33,860 nucleotides of DNA, taken from IMG/VR virus record IMGVR_UViG_3300037461_000406, positions 1 to 33,860 of that record; one strand, given 5' to 3'. Positions 10,301 through 18,396 of this stretch are shown here, one piece after another (within the stretch, counting starts at the first letter, position 1; each line of letters starts with the position of its first letter). The notes beneath the pieces are model-generated. The model had not been told where the DNA came from, did no database searches, and saw only the letters and a list, made by a program, of their open reading frames with translations. This stretch comes from a virus. Its lineage: Duplodnaviria > Caudoviricetes. Both the position numbers and the translations under genes were made by a program.

Positions 10301-10726
10301 CCCCATCTGCATCTCAGCCGTGGCCCCTCCGGTTAAATAAGTGGGCTCCGGCTCTTGAGGCTGCGGCGTTACAGGCTGCCCCGTTTTGGTGTTGACTCCG
10401 CCCACGACCATGTTGGGGTGCCCTTCCAACTTAAACGCGGAGGGCCAGTGGAAAACCCCCTGGTCGTCGGCTTGCGGATAGGCTCCGGCGCGGTAGGCTG
10501 CGCGATAGTCATAGAAATGCCCGGGATCGTCCGGGTTCGGGTTGAGCCCGGTCTCTTCGCTCCATCCCTTGTACCACTCCTTGAAATCCTGTTCTTCGAT
10601 AGGATTCCATTCCGGAGGAGGCTCAGGCGCTTGGAGCTCCTGGGCTCCAGAGGGAAGTTGTTCGTTTGCCGCGGACTGCGAGGCGCCCGCCAGCTCTTCG
10701 TTGATGATGTCAAGAATAGACGGCAT
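7385..10726 (-). CDS. Internal virion (ejection) protein fused to a B12-binding-like + radical SAM module (1113 aa)
   Basis: N-terminal half has Gly/Ala-rich hydrophobic helices and 'AEGTEEFLQQ', typical of DNA-ejection proteins. C-terminal half has a Rossmann-like 'DAIMFSAM...VRVIVGG', CxxxCxxC (GCLHKCAFC, 8216-8239), 'LDDKTF', 'ELGVES' and 'IMVGLPGET'. Confidence 0.85.
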   Translation of the reverse strand: MPSILDIINEELAGASQSAANEQLPSGAQELQAPEPPPEWNPIEEQDFKEWYKGWSEETGLNPNPDDPGHFYDYRAAYRAGAYPQADDQGVFHWPSAFKLEGHPNMVVGGVNTKTGQPVTPQPQEPEPTYLTGGATAEMQMGQQIPGALSMIFGGGETGEDPFGAKSFEQFGRMATRSIPQIHKTWNDLLYLAPLAKPEETPAERMRRQVAEGGVGAVTPPSPVEDPEVRASLLAAEPEIRENVRVVNDFFPEVLKRKPSIAEQILTAPAGFLAPMAVSALSGGAGLALTFMTAYGNAMEDLEKQGVKEDRAREAAMFIALTTTPLEFAGNLVQIGAMKSALGFAKNPVKKEAIELGEAMVQSAIAEGTEEFLQQYFEVAGLYYAANPTMSPKDVADYIFKTFDKQTLEALKAGGIGAASGAMLTGATVGGGKALQEFVLRKDEKQKDKLISDFEKRLGVRAGAIKENLETGKPIEQIVLEELEEEFLPKPVETTPKEMGAVPGEEAGMPPSPKPPAEEELEEIEPEPVFASMQEAQTAGLEGTEEQAEQWRELRQEKLDEADFFNQTSKNKEAAAAIKEAAKYARAIEAYEQPDRFSGLVEKPAEEAPEAVAAKPSVPEIPVAAPTRKTFEEQQAKPAVAKSYGDVSQEAKPFQNILVQPKGKEGKQLLVQIAPSVARPEETEEFGERYFDKLYQRRAGYVRPEDFWEVPGWITNAAKNLPDSDVMVVRNPVSAAKEIKESGYDAIMFSAMDVNKQVIKQIASEVGPSVRVIVGGYVDKSYFKDAPNVEFHDSLESAYESLGRTPVPGVDTRHFQGTPTIPRLCLSKGCLHKCAFCTVPKGVKPESAESIDAQLEGMKGLKFSLVYLDDKTFGQAENYGLVKDLFTKIKEFNPEFQGFVVQTTAPQLLKFDDEFLQSANIKFVELGVESYNDEILAKIHKPARTKTIDAAVEKLRANKIAFVPNIMVGLPGETKQTYLNTLAFLRKNDDAISHVNIYNLAAYKGTEIAGMVEAREDLDLNENVVERSYLKNPKLHKSFADAVTKFAEKQLDTTPYTKQPTVERGRVEKTLVSVPAVTDKGKKIVVKMPAQRALQDIESKLNVYRSILECLTS

Positions 10727-10735
10727 TTAGTTCCC

Positions 10736-12208
10736 CTACTTTTTGACTCGTTTGTTCTCGGACACTCCTTGCTGACCGGACTGCTCGTACAGGAAGTTTT
10801 CAGGCAACGGAGCGCCTACTTTTTCCATTGCCGCTCGGAGTCTATTCAAGGCCTTGGGATTGTTTTGGTAAAGCCGGGCAAACGCCTGAATCGACTTGTC
10901 CATGGACTTGCCGGATTTGATCCCGGTCACGATCTTCGCCACTACCTCTTCAGGATTAGGTGAACTCGGAGCACCGACTGGTTGTGCGGGTTGGCCGCCT
11001 GGTTGAGGGGCTGCCGGACCTTGCTGAGGTTGGGCTTGTGGAGCACCCGGCTGTCCGCCCTCTTTCTTAAACTTGGCGCCGAACTGTCTCCAATACTCGT
11101 TCACTAACTGCCGTGACGCCTCCACCGCGTCTTTCATTTCCGGCGGCACTTGAGGATTTAGCATCTGCTCGAACATCGCCGCCGTCTTGGGATCTTTGTC
11201 CTTCATCATGGTAATCATCATCATCGTCATCGGGTTGGCTTGCGGAGAGAATTTGTTGATTAACTGTTGCGCCTGTTTGACGTTCGGCGGCATAGCGTCT
11301 TCCAGAGAATACATCCCAGTCCGTTTGCCCGTGTCCACGATCCTACCATCCGGATAAAACGCATGAACAGTCTGGACTCCTTCTGCATTGTAGACAGCAC
11401 GCATGATCGGGGCTTTGTTCTTGATCGCCTCTTGCCGAATCCGCTCTTTCTCCTGCGCGGCAAAGTCGGCCTGTTGCTGTTTAGTATCCATGTCGTACTT
11501 GCCCATCATCCATTTGTACTGCTCCAGCATCCCTTGCTTTTGAGATAGGGCTTGTTTGTACACCCGTTCGTGATGCTGTTTCTTGATCTGTTCCCAATAC
11601 GCCCGCTCGTCTTTGCTCAACTTCGGCAGGTCCAGGTAAATAGCTCGTCCCGCAAACACATGATTAAAGAGCTCGGGGAGTTCCTTGTCGCTCTGGACCA
11701 CGGCATCGTAAGGATTCATACCAAAGGGATTGCCCCCTATCTGGTCGAATACAATCTTCTCAAACTCGTCACGACTTGGACGCGGAGGCGGCACCCGGCC
11801 TCCCTGGATCCCCATGCCCTCCACGGGTTTGTTAGGATCATATCGTTTAGTTTTGTCATAAGGCATTCCTTCGCGCCGTTTGGCCTCTTCCGTGGGATCT
11901 AGCCAAGTCTCCGGCTGCACGAACATCTCGGGAAACATCCGTTGCATTTTGTCCGTGTCCCATTCCCCTTGAGGGTTCATCCCGAGCCGCGGGTCCGGAG
12001 GAGTCATCTCGGGACGTTCGGGCAGTGGAGGAGGCGCGCCCTCGGGCCGGGCTCCTTCGGCACTGGTAAATTCGGTGGCTCCCGGGGCAAACTGGGGGTT
12101 CTCCGTTCCCATGTTTGGCTTCGAGGCTTCGGGCATGTACTCCCATTCCTGGGGATTCTCGTTAAACACTTCCGGGCGATTAGTTAACTTTCTCGTATTC
12201 TCGGCCAT
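10736..12208 (-). CDS. Probable internal virion / ejection protein (490 aa)
   Basis: Gln/Pro/Met-rich, low-complexity and helical; lies between the tail genes and the large ejection protein; AGGAGG RBS. Confidence 0.6.
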   Translation of the reverse strand: MAENTRKLTNRPEVFNENPQEWEYMPEASKPNMGTENPQFAPGATEFTSAEGARPEGAPPPLPERPEMTPPDPRLGMNPQGEWDTDKMQRMFPEMFVQPETWLDPTEEAKRREGMPYDKTKRYDPNKPVEGMGIQGGRVPPPRPSRDEFEKIVFDQIGGNPFGMNPYDAVVQSDKELPELFNHVFAGRAIYLDLPKLSKDERAYWEQIKKQHHERVYKQALSQKQGMLEQYKWMMGKYDMDTKQQQADFAAQEKERIRQEAIKNKAPIMRAVYNAEGVQTVHAFYPDGRIVDTGKRTGMYSLEDAMPPNVKQAQQLINKFSPQANPMTMMMITMMKDKDPKTAAMFEQMLNPQVPPEMKDAVEASRQLVNEYWRQFGAKFKKEGGQPGAPQAQPQQGPAAPQPGGQPAQPVGAPSSPNPEEVVAKIVTGIKSGKSMDKSIQAFARLYQNNPKALNRLRAAMEKVGAPLPENFLYEQSGQQGVSENKRVKK

Positions 12209-12217
12209 GGGAGCCTC

Positions 12218-13030
12218 CTACCTCTTGGTATACTTAGACGTGCCGGCGAGGATGTCTTGTACTTCTCCGGGCTGGTTAGTGGGAATGCTTGTCGAGATCT
12301 GGCTGGCTTTCGACATAGCCTCCTGCCACCCCCGAGTATAGGTATTGACCGCTTCGCTGTACTGCCGAGCGTAATCCTGCGCGTACTCTTGCTGTCCTTG
12401 AGATTCAGCCTTAGCCAAAATGTTAGACATGCCGATTCCATACCCGGCGAGTGTGTCTCGCAGCACCATCCTTCGCACGTTAGGGTTCTCGTAATATCGG
12501 GACATCGCGGACTGGACTTTCATGTCCAGCGCCCGCAACCCGGGAGCCGCAATTCGCCGCGCTCTTTTCTTACCTTCCCGCTCGTCCCAGGTCGGACCGG
12601 CAAAGGTGGGAAGGTTCACTCCCTTGGGCAGCACGGTCTTGGAAATCCCGACGTTGTATTTAGGCTGCGCGTTTTGCCCACCCGTCTGCAATCCTCCGGT
12701 GGTCTTTGAATACGGCTGCGCCCACTGGTAATTGCTCCCTTTCGGGTAGTTCGCCGCGGAGTAGGGTTCCTGTCCACCCCCAGTCCCCGTGTCGTACCAG
12801 GGGTCTCCGGAAATTGTGTAGCCGGCGGGCTTCTGGTTACTGCGCCCTGTACCGTAGTAATCCCCGGGCACTGTAAAACCTCGGGAAGGTCCGGATGAAG
12901 GTCCGGCTTCCCCGGGTGTTTCTTCGCCCCCCGACGGTTCTGCCGCCCCAAACACCGAGCTCCAGTCCCCAGCGTCCCCGGCACCCTCGTCCTGGTCTTG
13001 GTCTGCGTAAGCCTCAGATAAAGTCGTCAT
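12218..13030 (-). CDS. Probable internal virion / ejection protein (270 aa)
   Basis: Gly-rich disordered N-terminus and Gln/Ala/Tyr helical C-terminus; first of the three-gene ejection cluster; TAATG coupling. Confidence 0.6.
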   Translation of the reverse strand: MTTLSEAYADQDQDEGAGDAGDWSSVFGAAEPSGGEETPGEAGPSSGPSRGFTVPGDYYGTGRSNQKPAGYTISGDPWYDTGTGGGQEPYSAANYPKGSNYQWAQPYSKTTGGLQTGGQNAQPKYNVGISKTVLPKGVNLPTFAGPTWDEREGKKRARRIAAPGLRALDMKVQSAMSRYYENPNVRRMVLRDTLAGYGIGMSNILAKAESQGQQEYAQDYARQYSEAVNTYTRGWQEAMSKASQISTSIPTNQPGEVQDILAGTSKYTKR

Positions 13031-13266
13031 TATTTACTCCGTTTTCCGCCGCTCTTTCGCAAATGTCTTCGTTCTTCGCGGGTCAGATATATTGAGGACC
13101 TGACCGCTGACTGGACGCGGGCGGTCTGTTCCTGTCGTCTCTCTTTTTCGACGAATGCGTTGAGATCGTCAAATGTATTGCCCATATTCTTCAAATGGTG
13201 GTAGAGCTGCAACGCGGTCTCTATGTCTTTCCGGCTGAAAGCCTGAAGTTTGTCCGCCAATCCCAT
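13030..13266 (-). CDS. Small protein, paralog of 13311-13622 (possible fibre chaperone)
   Basis: GAGG RBS; shares LQAF-x2-K-x-I-x13-G-x3-D-x4-F with its neighbour. Confidence 0.7.
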   Translation of the reverse strand: MGLADKLQAFSRKDIETALQLYHHLKNMGNTFDDLNAFVEKERRQEQTARVQSAVRSSIYLTREERRHLRKSGGKRSK

Positions 13267-13310
13267 CAGAAAAGTACCTCACTTACTCCCTCCGGGAGTT
13301 TTTGGCCTCC

Positions 13311-13622
13311 TCAACCAGAGCGTAAACGACCCGTATACGCATGTTGAAGACGAACCTTCCGGGCCATGTCACGGATCTCTTTCGGTAGTTCCTGTTCGAA
13401 CTTGCGTATAGCCTTGCCTTGTTCCGGGCCGGGAGAAGGAAGAAAGTAACCTATGGCCTCCATCTGCCCGACAATCGGAAGCATCTTACTGAAATTCCGG
13501 ACCTCGTCACAAGAAAATCCGTTGGCAATACTCCATTCGAGAACTATTCCGGTTTCCTGAATCTGCTTCAAGTTGAATGCCTGAAGCGTCCTACGAAGTT
13601 TATAGAATCTTTCGAAGTTCAT
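13311..13622 (-). CDS. Small protein (103 aa), paralog of 13030-13266
   Basis: Start reassigned to ATG 13622 (TAATG overlap with the fibre gene stop). Confidence 0.7.
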   Translation of the reverse strand: MNFERFYKLRRTLQAFNLKQIQETGIVLEWSIANGFSCDEVRNFSKMLPIVGQMEAIGYFLPSPGPEQGKAIRKFEQELPKEIRDMARKVRLQHAYTGRLRSG

Positions 13623-14863
13623 TAAAAGCAGTCCGTCCCACACGTCCAGTAGTATAAGTATCCAGTGCAGTCACAGCATTGCGCGTCGTTACAACCGTAC
13701 TCACTGCCGAGAACAGTGTCAGCCCCGCACGTGCTCCCAGTGCCATCCGTGTGGTTTCCAGTCCCGGCATTACGGCAATCATTCCCTGGTGGCGGAGAAC
13801 AATTGAGAATGCGATGCACATCCCACTTTGCCTGATAAGCACCACCCAAACCAGTATTAGAGTGGTATACAACCGCCCAAACCCCGTGAACACCACATGA
13901 ATGTCCAGAAAACCCACAACACACCACACTGTCACAAACAGCCGTGCGACCGAACCCGGCGATAGTCTCCCACGTACCATCAGCAGCGTTGATGCGAAAC
14001 GATACAGTGGTCCCGCAGTCATCCACCACCTGAATAGTGGCATACGCTACGTGCCCTCCCACTCCGCCGCAGTTGGTGTTTGCCAGTGAAAGGGTATTGG
14101 AAACTCCGGAAGTGCTTGCCGACCCGAGCGAGAATCCGGTGCTTGCTCCGAGAAGCGACCATGTGTAAGGACCACAACCATCCTGTACAAACACCGAGAT
14201 GCTATTGTTTTTCGCTACAGTGTCCGGGGTACTGGCGTCGTCGAACGTCATCGCGATATAGCCGGGCGCTGTACAACATTCAACAGGCCGACAGGTGACT
14301 TCCAAAATGGTCTGGCACTTGTTGCCCGCGGCGTCGGTCATGTACACTATAATCCGATCGTCCGGCTCTGTCGCCCAAGCGCCGCCGTTGGGCTTGATCT
14401 CGACGGGAAACACCCGCGTCGGATCCATGTTGATTTCCAGTTGTTCTCCGGGCAAAGAACCAAACTGGGTCAACAGAAAAGCACTCCATTGCTGATTATT
14501 AACGCACTCAAACGGAGACAGCCCCGACGGACATTGGGACAAATTCGCGTGGCACTCGACGTTCTTCTCACATGTAGACGGCGAATAACACGAGATCAGA
14601 CACACTCCTTTGACAGGCGTGATCGGGTCAATATCCGGACCCTTTGTGGGCGGTGCTGTCGGAGGCCCGGGCAAGTCCGGATACCGATATTCCATGTCAT
14701 CATACCCGTCCTTCCACGGCTGCATGAACTCCGAGTGCTTCTGTACGGCCTTGGTCATTGCGTGAAACCAAGTAGTCGATTCCAGAAAATCAACGACGGA
14801 CTCGTCCTTTTTCTTCTGGTTCGGCATGATGCCGTAATCTTGCAGAATCTTTGTCGCGCTCAA
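13622..14863 (-). CDS. Cysteine-rich putative tail fibre / receptor-binding protein (413 aa)
   Basis: Follows the nozzle gene; Ig-like beta segments ('GPYTWSL', 'IQVVDDCG'); 26 Cys by my count; TTG start with GAGG upstream. Confidence 0.6.
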   Translation of the reverse strand: MSATKILQDYGIMPNQKKKDESVVDFLESTTWFHAMTKAVQKHSEFMQPWKDGYDDMEYRYPDLPGPPTAPPTKGPDIDPITPVKGVCLISCYSPSTCEKNVECHANLSQCPSGLSPFECVNNQQWSAFLLTQFGSLPGEQLEINMDPTRVFPVEIKPNGGAWATEPDDRIIVYMTDAAGNKCQTILEVTCRPVECCTAPGYIAMTFDDASTPDTVAKNNSISVFVQDGCGPYTWSLLGASTGFSLGSASTSGVSNTLSLANTNCGGVGGHVAYATIQVVDDCGTTVSFRINAADGTWETIAGFGRTAVCDSVVCCGFSGHSCGVHGVWAVVYHSNTGLGGAYQAKWDVHRILNCSPPPGNDCRNAGTGNHTDGTGSTCGADTVLGSEYGCNDAQCCDCTGYLYYWTCGTDCF

Positions 14864-14975
14864 TAGCAGCCTCTAGGGTATTGATCCCGGGTTTCCATTT
14901 TGCCATGACGCCCTTGACTTCTTTGTCCCCCGGGCGGGTAATGATATTCTTCCGAAAACTTAACGATTGAGCCAC
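14790..14975 (-). CDS. Small hypothetical protein (61 aa), or the frameshifted N-terminus of the fibre gene
   Basis: GTG start with GGAG 7 nt upstream, overlapping the end of the nozzle gene; fills the gap to the fibre gene and overlaps it by 74 nt. Confidence 0.5.
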   Translation of the reverse strand: MAQSLSFRKNIITRPGDKEVKGVMAKWKPGINTLEAAIERDKDSARLRHHAEPEEKGRVRR

Positions 14976-17410
14976 GTTTTTATCTCCGCTCCCACCGCCA
15001 TAATAGTCATGCTGTCCGTAGCCGAGCTGTTTTGAATCTTGACGGCTACGTGCTGGTCCACGATGTTCAAACTGAGAAGATGTCTTCTGATGTCATCGTT
15101 GGTGCGTTCGGCAGTCATGCTCAATGTGATCGTGTCCTTCGCGATATTGTTCTGATATGTAGTGATCGTGATGTCCCCCGCGGACTGGACTTTACAGGTG
15201 AGCATGAACTGCAAGAAGTCCACGTATTGCCCGTACCCCGGAAACTCAATTCGAATGTATGTGTCGATCGCAGTGCTGACATCAGCCGTGCCGTAGTTGA
15301 CCTGATAAAGCTGGCCGTCGTCTACACCACCTCCGATCTGAGTTATGATAGAGTCGCCACTTCCAGCTTCCACATTCTCCCAGAATGATAACTCCTGAGC
15401 TCGCACGTCGAAATACCACGCACGACTGACGAGGTCGTACACTGGAAACACATTCGGCGTGGTGGCGCTGGCTCCACATACCAATCCAAGTCGAAGCACA
15501 TGGTCTATCGGATCGTGCTTCAGCCACATTTCTTTCTCGTACCCCCGACGAATACAATATGTCGTATCGTTGGGGTCGAAGTAATTCTGGATTTCATCAG
15601 AGATTATCGAAAAACTGGTTCCGTCGCACGCTACCACCCCATAACGAGAGATGAAGAACGCGACAGTTTTCAGTTCCTCGTCCGTCGCGGTTGCAGTATA
15701 TACGTTCTCTACAACATCGGCAGACTTCGCGTTCATCGTTCCCAGTTTCGTGGAGAGCACCAGCTTCCCGAATGTTGGGACGTCGTACCCTTGAAGCATC
15801 GTCACACATCCACCGATCTCTCCTTTTTCTTCCTGCCACACTAGGACGTTGTTGAAGAAGTTCTTCATGCAGACAATCTTGTGCGGGCGGCCATCACCGA
15901 CCTGAAGAATCCCGGAATCCTCACCCGTTATAACTTGAGGAGCATCCGAGGCGCTGATATAAACGTACTCCTGCCACTTATCCGCAAACGCCCAGAGCGC
16001 CCGTTCTTTCCACGCACAAGTTGCGTTTCCGACGTACCCCCAGTCATGAACATCATAGTAGGGCATAGTGTAAATCGCCGCCTGAGTATCAGCCGCGAGC
16101 TCGCCTGTGATAATCAGCTCGTACCAATACCCATGGATCTTGTTGCCTTCCATGGTTCTAGGCTGCACAGTCCCGGACGCAATTCGAGGAAATGTCATCC
16201 ATCCTGAGTTGGTGAGCACACTCGTGCCATCTTGAACGGTCCCTACTGACGCCCACGCCGCACCGTTCCAGTATTTCAATGACCCCAGCGAATCGCCGGT
16301 GGAGTTGGGGGTATCCCCCATATCGAAATATAATCCCTCAATAGGATCCAGGCTACAGATATAAATCTTCTTCCCGGTTGCTAGAGTATCCAGGTCTACC
16401 CGGTCGGCGGAGTAGGTGTCGTAGGTGCTGGTTCCTTCGACCAACACCACCACCGCAGGGATAGGAACGCCGTCCCATTTGGGAGTCAGGCTGGCGAAGG
16501 AGGCGTCATAAGTGACTGCCACAACCCCTACGTTATCCAGCACGTCAGCGGTCGAAACGATAAGATACCAATACCCCACCATCCCGAACAGGTATCGCTC
16601 TTGAACATCACTGGGTTCGGTAAAGCTGACGGTGCCGTCCTGCCCCAACATGGCGCTACTTAACGAAGTCCCATCTGAAAGCCCGGAGACCGTGGCCCAC
16701 GACATATCGTTTTTCCAATAGTACACGGCCATTGTCGTGGCGTTGTTGTTGACCGTCGCACTCAAATCGAACGTGAAAGACTTGGCGGGGACCTGGGTGC
16801 AGATAAAAATCCCATCCCCGGCATCCTTGTCATCCATTGCGGTAATTGTGGCCGCGGTGGACTGCCCGTCCGTTACTTCATCGGTGTAGTCGTACCCGTC
16901 TTCTAACACTCCTTTGAGCCCGGTGATGTCTGACCCGCCCGAATTGTAAAACACGAACTTGTCCACTCGGCTGGACGCGCCCGGGTACAACTTGAACTGG
17001 TCAACTCCATTTGCGAACAGCATCAGATCGTTCAGGTTCGCGTAAGACGCGGGCATAGGAGACGCCGTGCCACTAAATAATACAGTGCCCATGTCTCCAG
17101 TGGTCACTCCCGGGGGCGAGGTGGTTAACTTCTGGATGTCCCCGTCACTGGACTGGACCATGTAGATGTCTTCGGTGACTCGGGTCTTCTTGAACTGGTA
17201 GGCGGTCATGAGTTCGCTGGTGGTATAAGTGGCCCCTACCGTAGTGTGCAGTTTCCTTTGCCCCTTACGCTTGCGGAATCCGGGGTTCAACGGCTTTACG
17301 TTCTGCACCATGGAGAACTGCCCCATCTTGAGCAGTCCCTTTTCGCGCACGGTGACGGCCCCGCCCGAGACCGGGACCCCTTTGACGTCTATTTTGGTCT
17401 CAAGAGCCAT
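14960..17410 (-). CDS. Tail nozzle / tail tubular protein B (P22 gp10 / T7 gp12-like)
   Basis: ~816 aa, beta-propeller-like; N-terminal 'VQNVKPLNPGFRKRKG', later 'IISDEIQNYF' and 'VYDLVSRAWY'; directly after the adaptor; AGGAG RBS favours ATG 17410. Confidence 0.75.
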   Translation of the reverse strand: MALETKIDVKGVPVSGGAVTVREKGLLKMGQFSMVQNVKPLNPGFRKRKGQRKLHTTVGATYTTSELMTAYQFKKTRVTEDIYMVQSSDGDIQKLTTSPPGVTTGDMGTVLFSGTASPMPASYANLNDLMLFANGVDQFKLYPGASSRVDKFVFYNSGGSDITGLKGVLEDGYDYTDEVTDGQSTAATITAMDDKDAGDGIFICTQVPAKSFTFDLSATVNNNATTMAVYYWKNDMSWATVSGLSDGTSLSSAMLGQDGTVSFTEPSDVQERYLFGMVGYWYLIVSTADVLDNVGVVAVTYDASFASLTPKWDGVPIPAVVVLVEGTSTYDTYSADRVDLDTLATGKKIYICSLDPIEGLYFDMGDTPNSTGDSLGSLKYWNGAAWASVGTVQDGTSVLTNSGWMTFPRIASGTVQPRTMEGNKIHGYWYELIITGELAADTQAAIYTMPYYDVHDWGYVGNATCAWKERALWAFADKWQEYVYISASDAPQVITGEDSGILQVGDGRPHKIVCMKNFFNNVLVWQEEKGEIGGCVTMLQGYDVPTFGKLVLSTKLGTMNAKSADVVENVYTATATDEELKTVAFFISRYGVVACDGTSFSIISDEIQNYFDPNDTTYCIRRGYEKEMWLKHDPIDHVLRLGLVCGASATTPNVFPVYDLVSRAWYFDVRAQELSFWENVEAGSGDSIITQIGGGVDDGQLYQVNYGTADVSTAIDTYIRIEFPGYGQYVDFLQFMLTCKVQSAGDITITTYQNNIAKDTITLSMTAERTNDDIRRHLLSLNIVDQHVAVKIQNSSATDSMTIMAVGAEIKTWLNR

Positions 17411-17418
17411 AGCCACTC

Positions 17419-18339
17419 CTACCCTTGAATCAAGTAGCCCTGCCCGGGAACATCAATAGCCATGCCCGGGGTATTGAGCTGGAAGTCGGTGAAGATCGAC
17501 TCCATGGAAATATCGTCAGGTTGGTTGGAGTACGCCACTAACGCCTCCATGAACTGCTCGGCCCACAACTTGAGCTCGGTGGCGCCCGGCTTTTCCTGGG
17601 AGGCGGGGTGCAACTGTTTCACCATAATGACAGTGAGAGGCTCCACCAGCCCGTGCAATTCGTCGGGAAGGTCCGGGACCGTGCCGTAGATGTCACTGGT
17701 TGCCCAGGTAATAGCGGTGGTCGCCGTGGTCGCGGTTCGCGTACTGCCTACGTAATCCGAGATTGTCGCGGAGAGGCCCTGAGTGTAGTTGTCAATGGTG
17801 AGATTGTTGTAGTAATCGTTCCGCCCGGACGTGAGATCAGACGCGGCGAGGATCAGGCTATTGAGCCCGGACCCGGCAGTGGCAGCACCCCAGGTCAGTT
17901 TTCTCGGCTGCCGGAAGTATTTGAGGGTGTAGGTGTCAGTAACCCCGGCTTTGTTGAGCACGAGGGTCCGGCCCGACCGATAGTAAAGATTATCGGACCC
18001 CTCGGCGCCGGTGACAGGCGTAATCTTGGCAGTGGAAGGATAGACTTTATACCCCTGCGAATCTTCGAGCTGCATGATGCGTCCGAAGTCATAGGGCAGA
18101 GTGATGACGGAGCTCACCACCGAGACGCTCGAAGTGGAATAATAAAACTCCCGGGCGTCCGCCTTGAGCATCAAGGCAACCATCCGGGCCTGAGCGTCAT
18201 TCATTTTGTTGAGAAGGTAGGTGTTGCTGTACTTTCCGTGGGTCTCGGTGCCAGCCCAGAGACCCGCGGAATATTCGTTGAGGTCGATGCGCACATTATA
18301 AAGGATCTTGTACGCATTCTCGTTGGTGTGTCCAGCCAT
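17419..18339 (-). CDS. Head-tail adaptor / tail tubular protein A (306 aa)
   Basis: 'LLNKMNDAQ...ITLPYDF...LKYFRQP...PDLPDELHGLV' pattern of podovirus adaptors, with a beta insertion; synteny. Confidence 0.75.
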   Translation of the reverse strand: MAGHTNENAYKILYNVRIDLNEYSAGLWAGTETHGKYSNTYLLNKMNDAQARMVALMLKADAREFYYSTSSVSVVSSVITLPYDFGRIMQLEDSQGYKVYPSTAKITPVTGAEGSDNLYYRSGRTLVLNKAGVTDTYTLKYFRQPRKLTWGAATAGSGLNSLILAASDLTSGRNDYYNNLTIDNYTQGLSATISDYVGSTRTATTATTAITWATSDIYGTVPDLPDELHGLVEPLTVIMVKQLHPASQEKPGATELKLWAEQFMEALVAYSNQPDDISMESIFTDFQLNTPGMAIDVPGQGYLIQG

Positions 18340-18345
18340 TTAAGT

Positions 18346-18394
18346 CTCCCAACCGCACCCACTTTTGTACAAATGGGTACGTTTTGTCTGGGAG
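18346..18394 (-). promoter_or_regulatory. Intergenic RNA hairpin occluding the adaptor RBS
   Basis: On the minus strand CGTACCCATTT pairs with AAGTGGGTGCG (two G-U pairs) and CTCCCAG pairs with TTGGGAG, which contains the RBS. Confidence 0.55.
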
Positions 18395-18396
18395 GC

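Noticed and set aside
13285-13303. ACTCCC-TCC-GGGAGT-TTTT hairpin as an operon terminator
   Set aside because: Short stem with the T-tract on the non-coding strand; at most an antisense terminator.
13622-14000. Fibre C-terminus as a diversity-generating retroelement target
   Set aside because: No reverse transcriptase and no template/variable repeat pair seen in the window; cannot be excluded elsewhere in the genome.
13600-14043. 147-aa alternative-frame minus-strand ORF inside the fibre gene
   Set aside because: No motif or convincing RBS; unlike the intein HNH it shows no independent protein signature.
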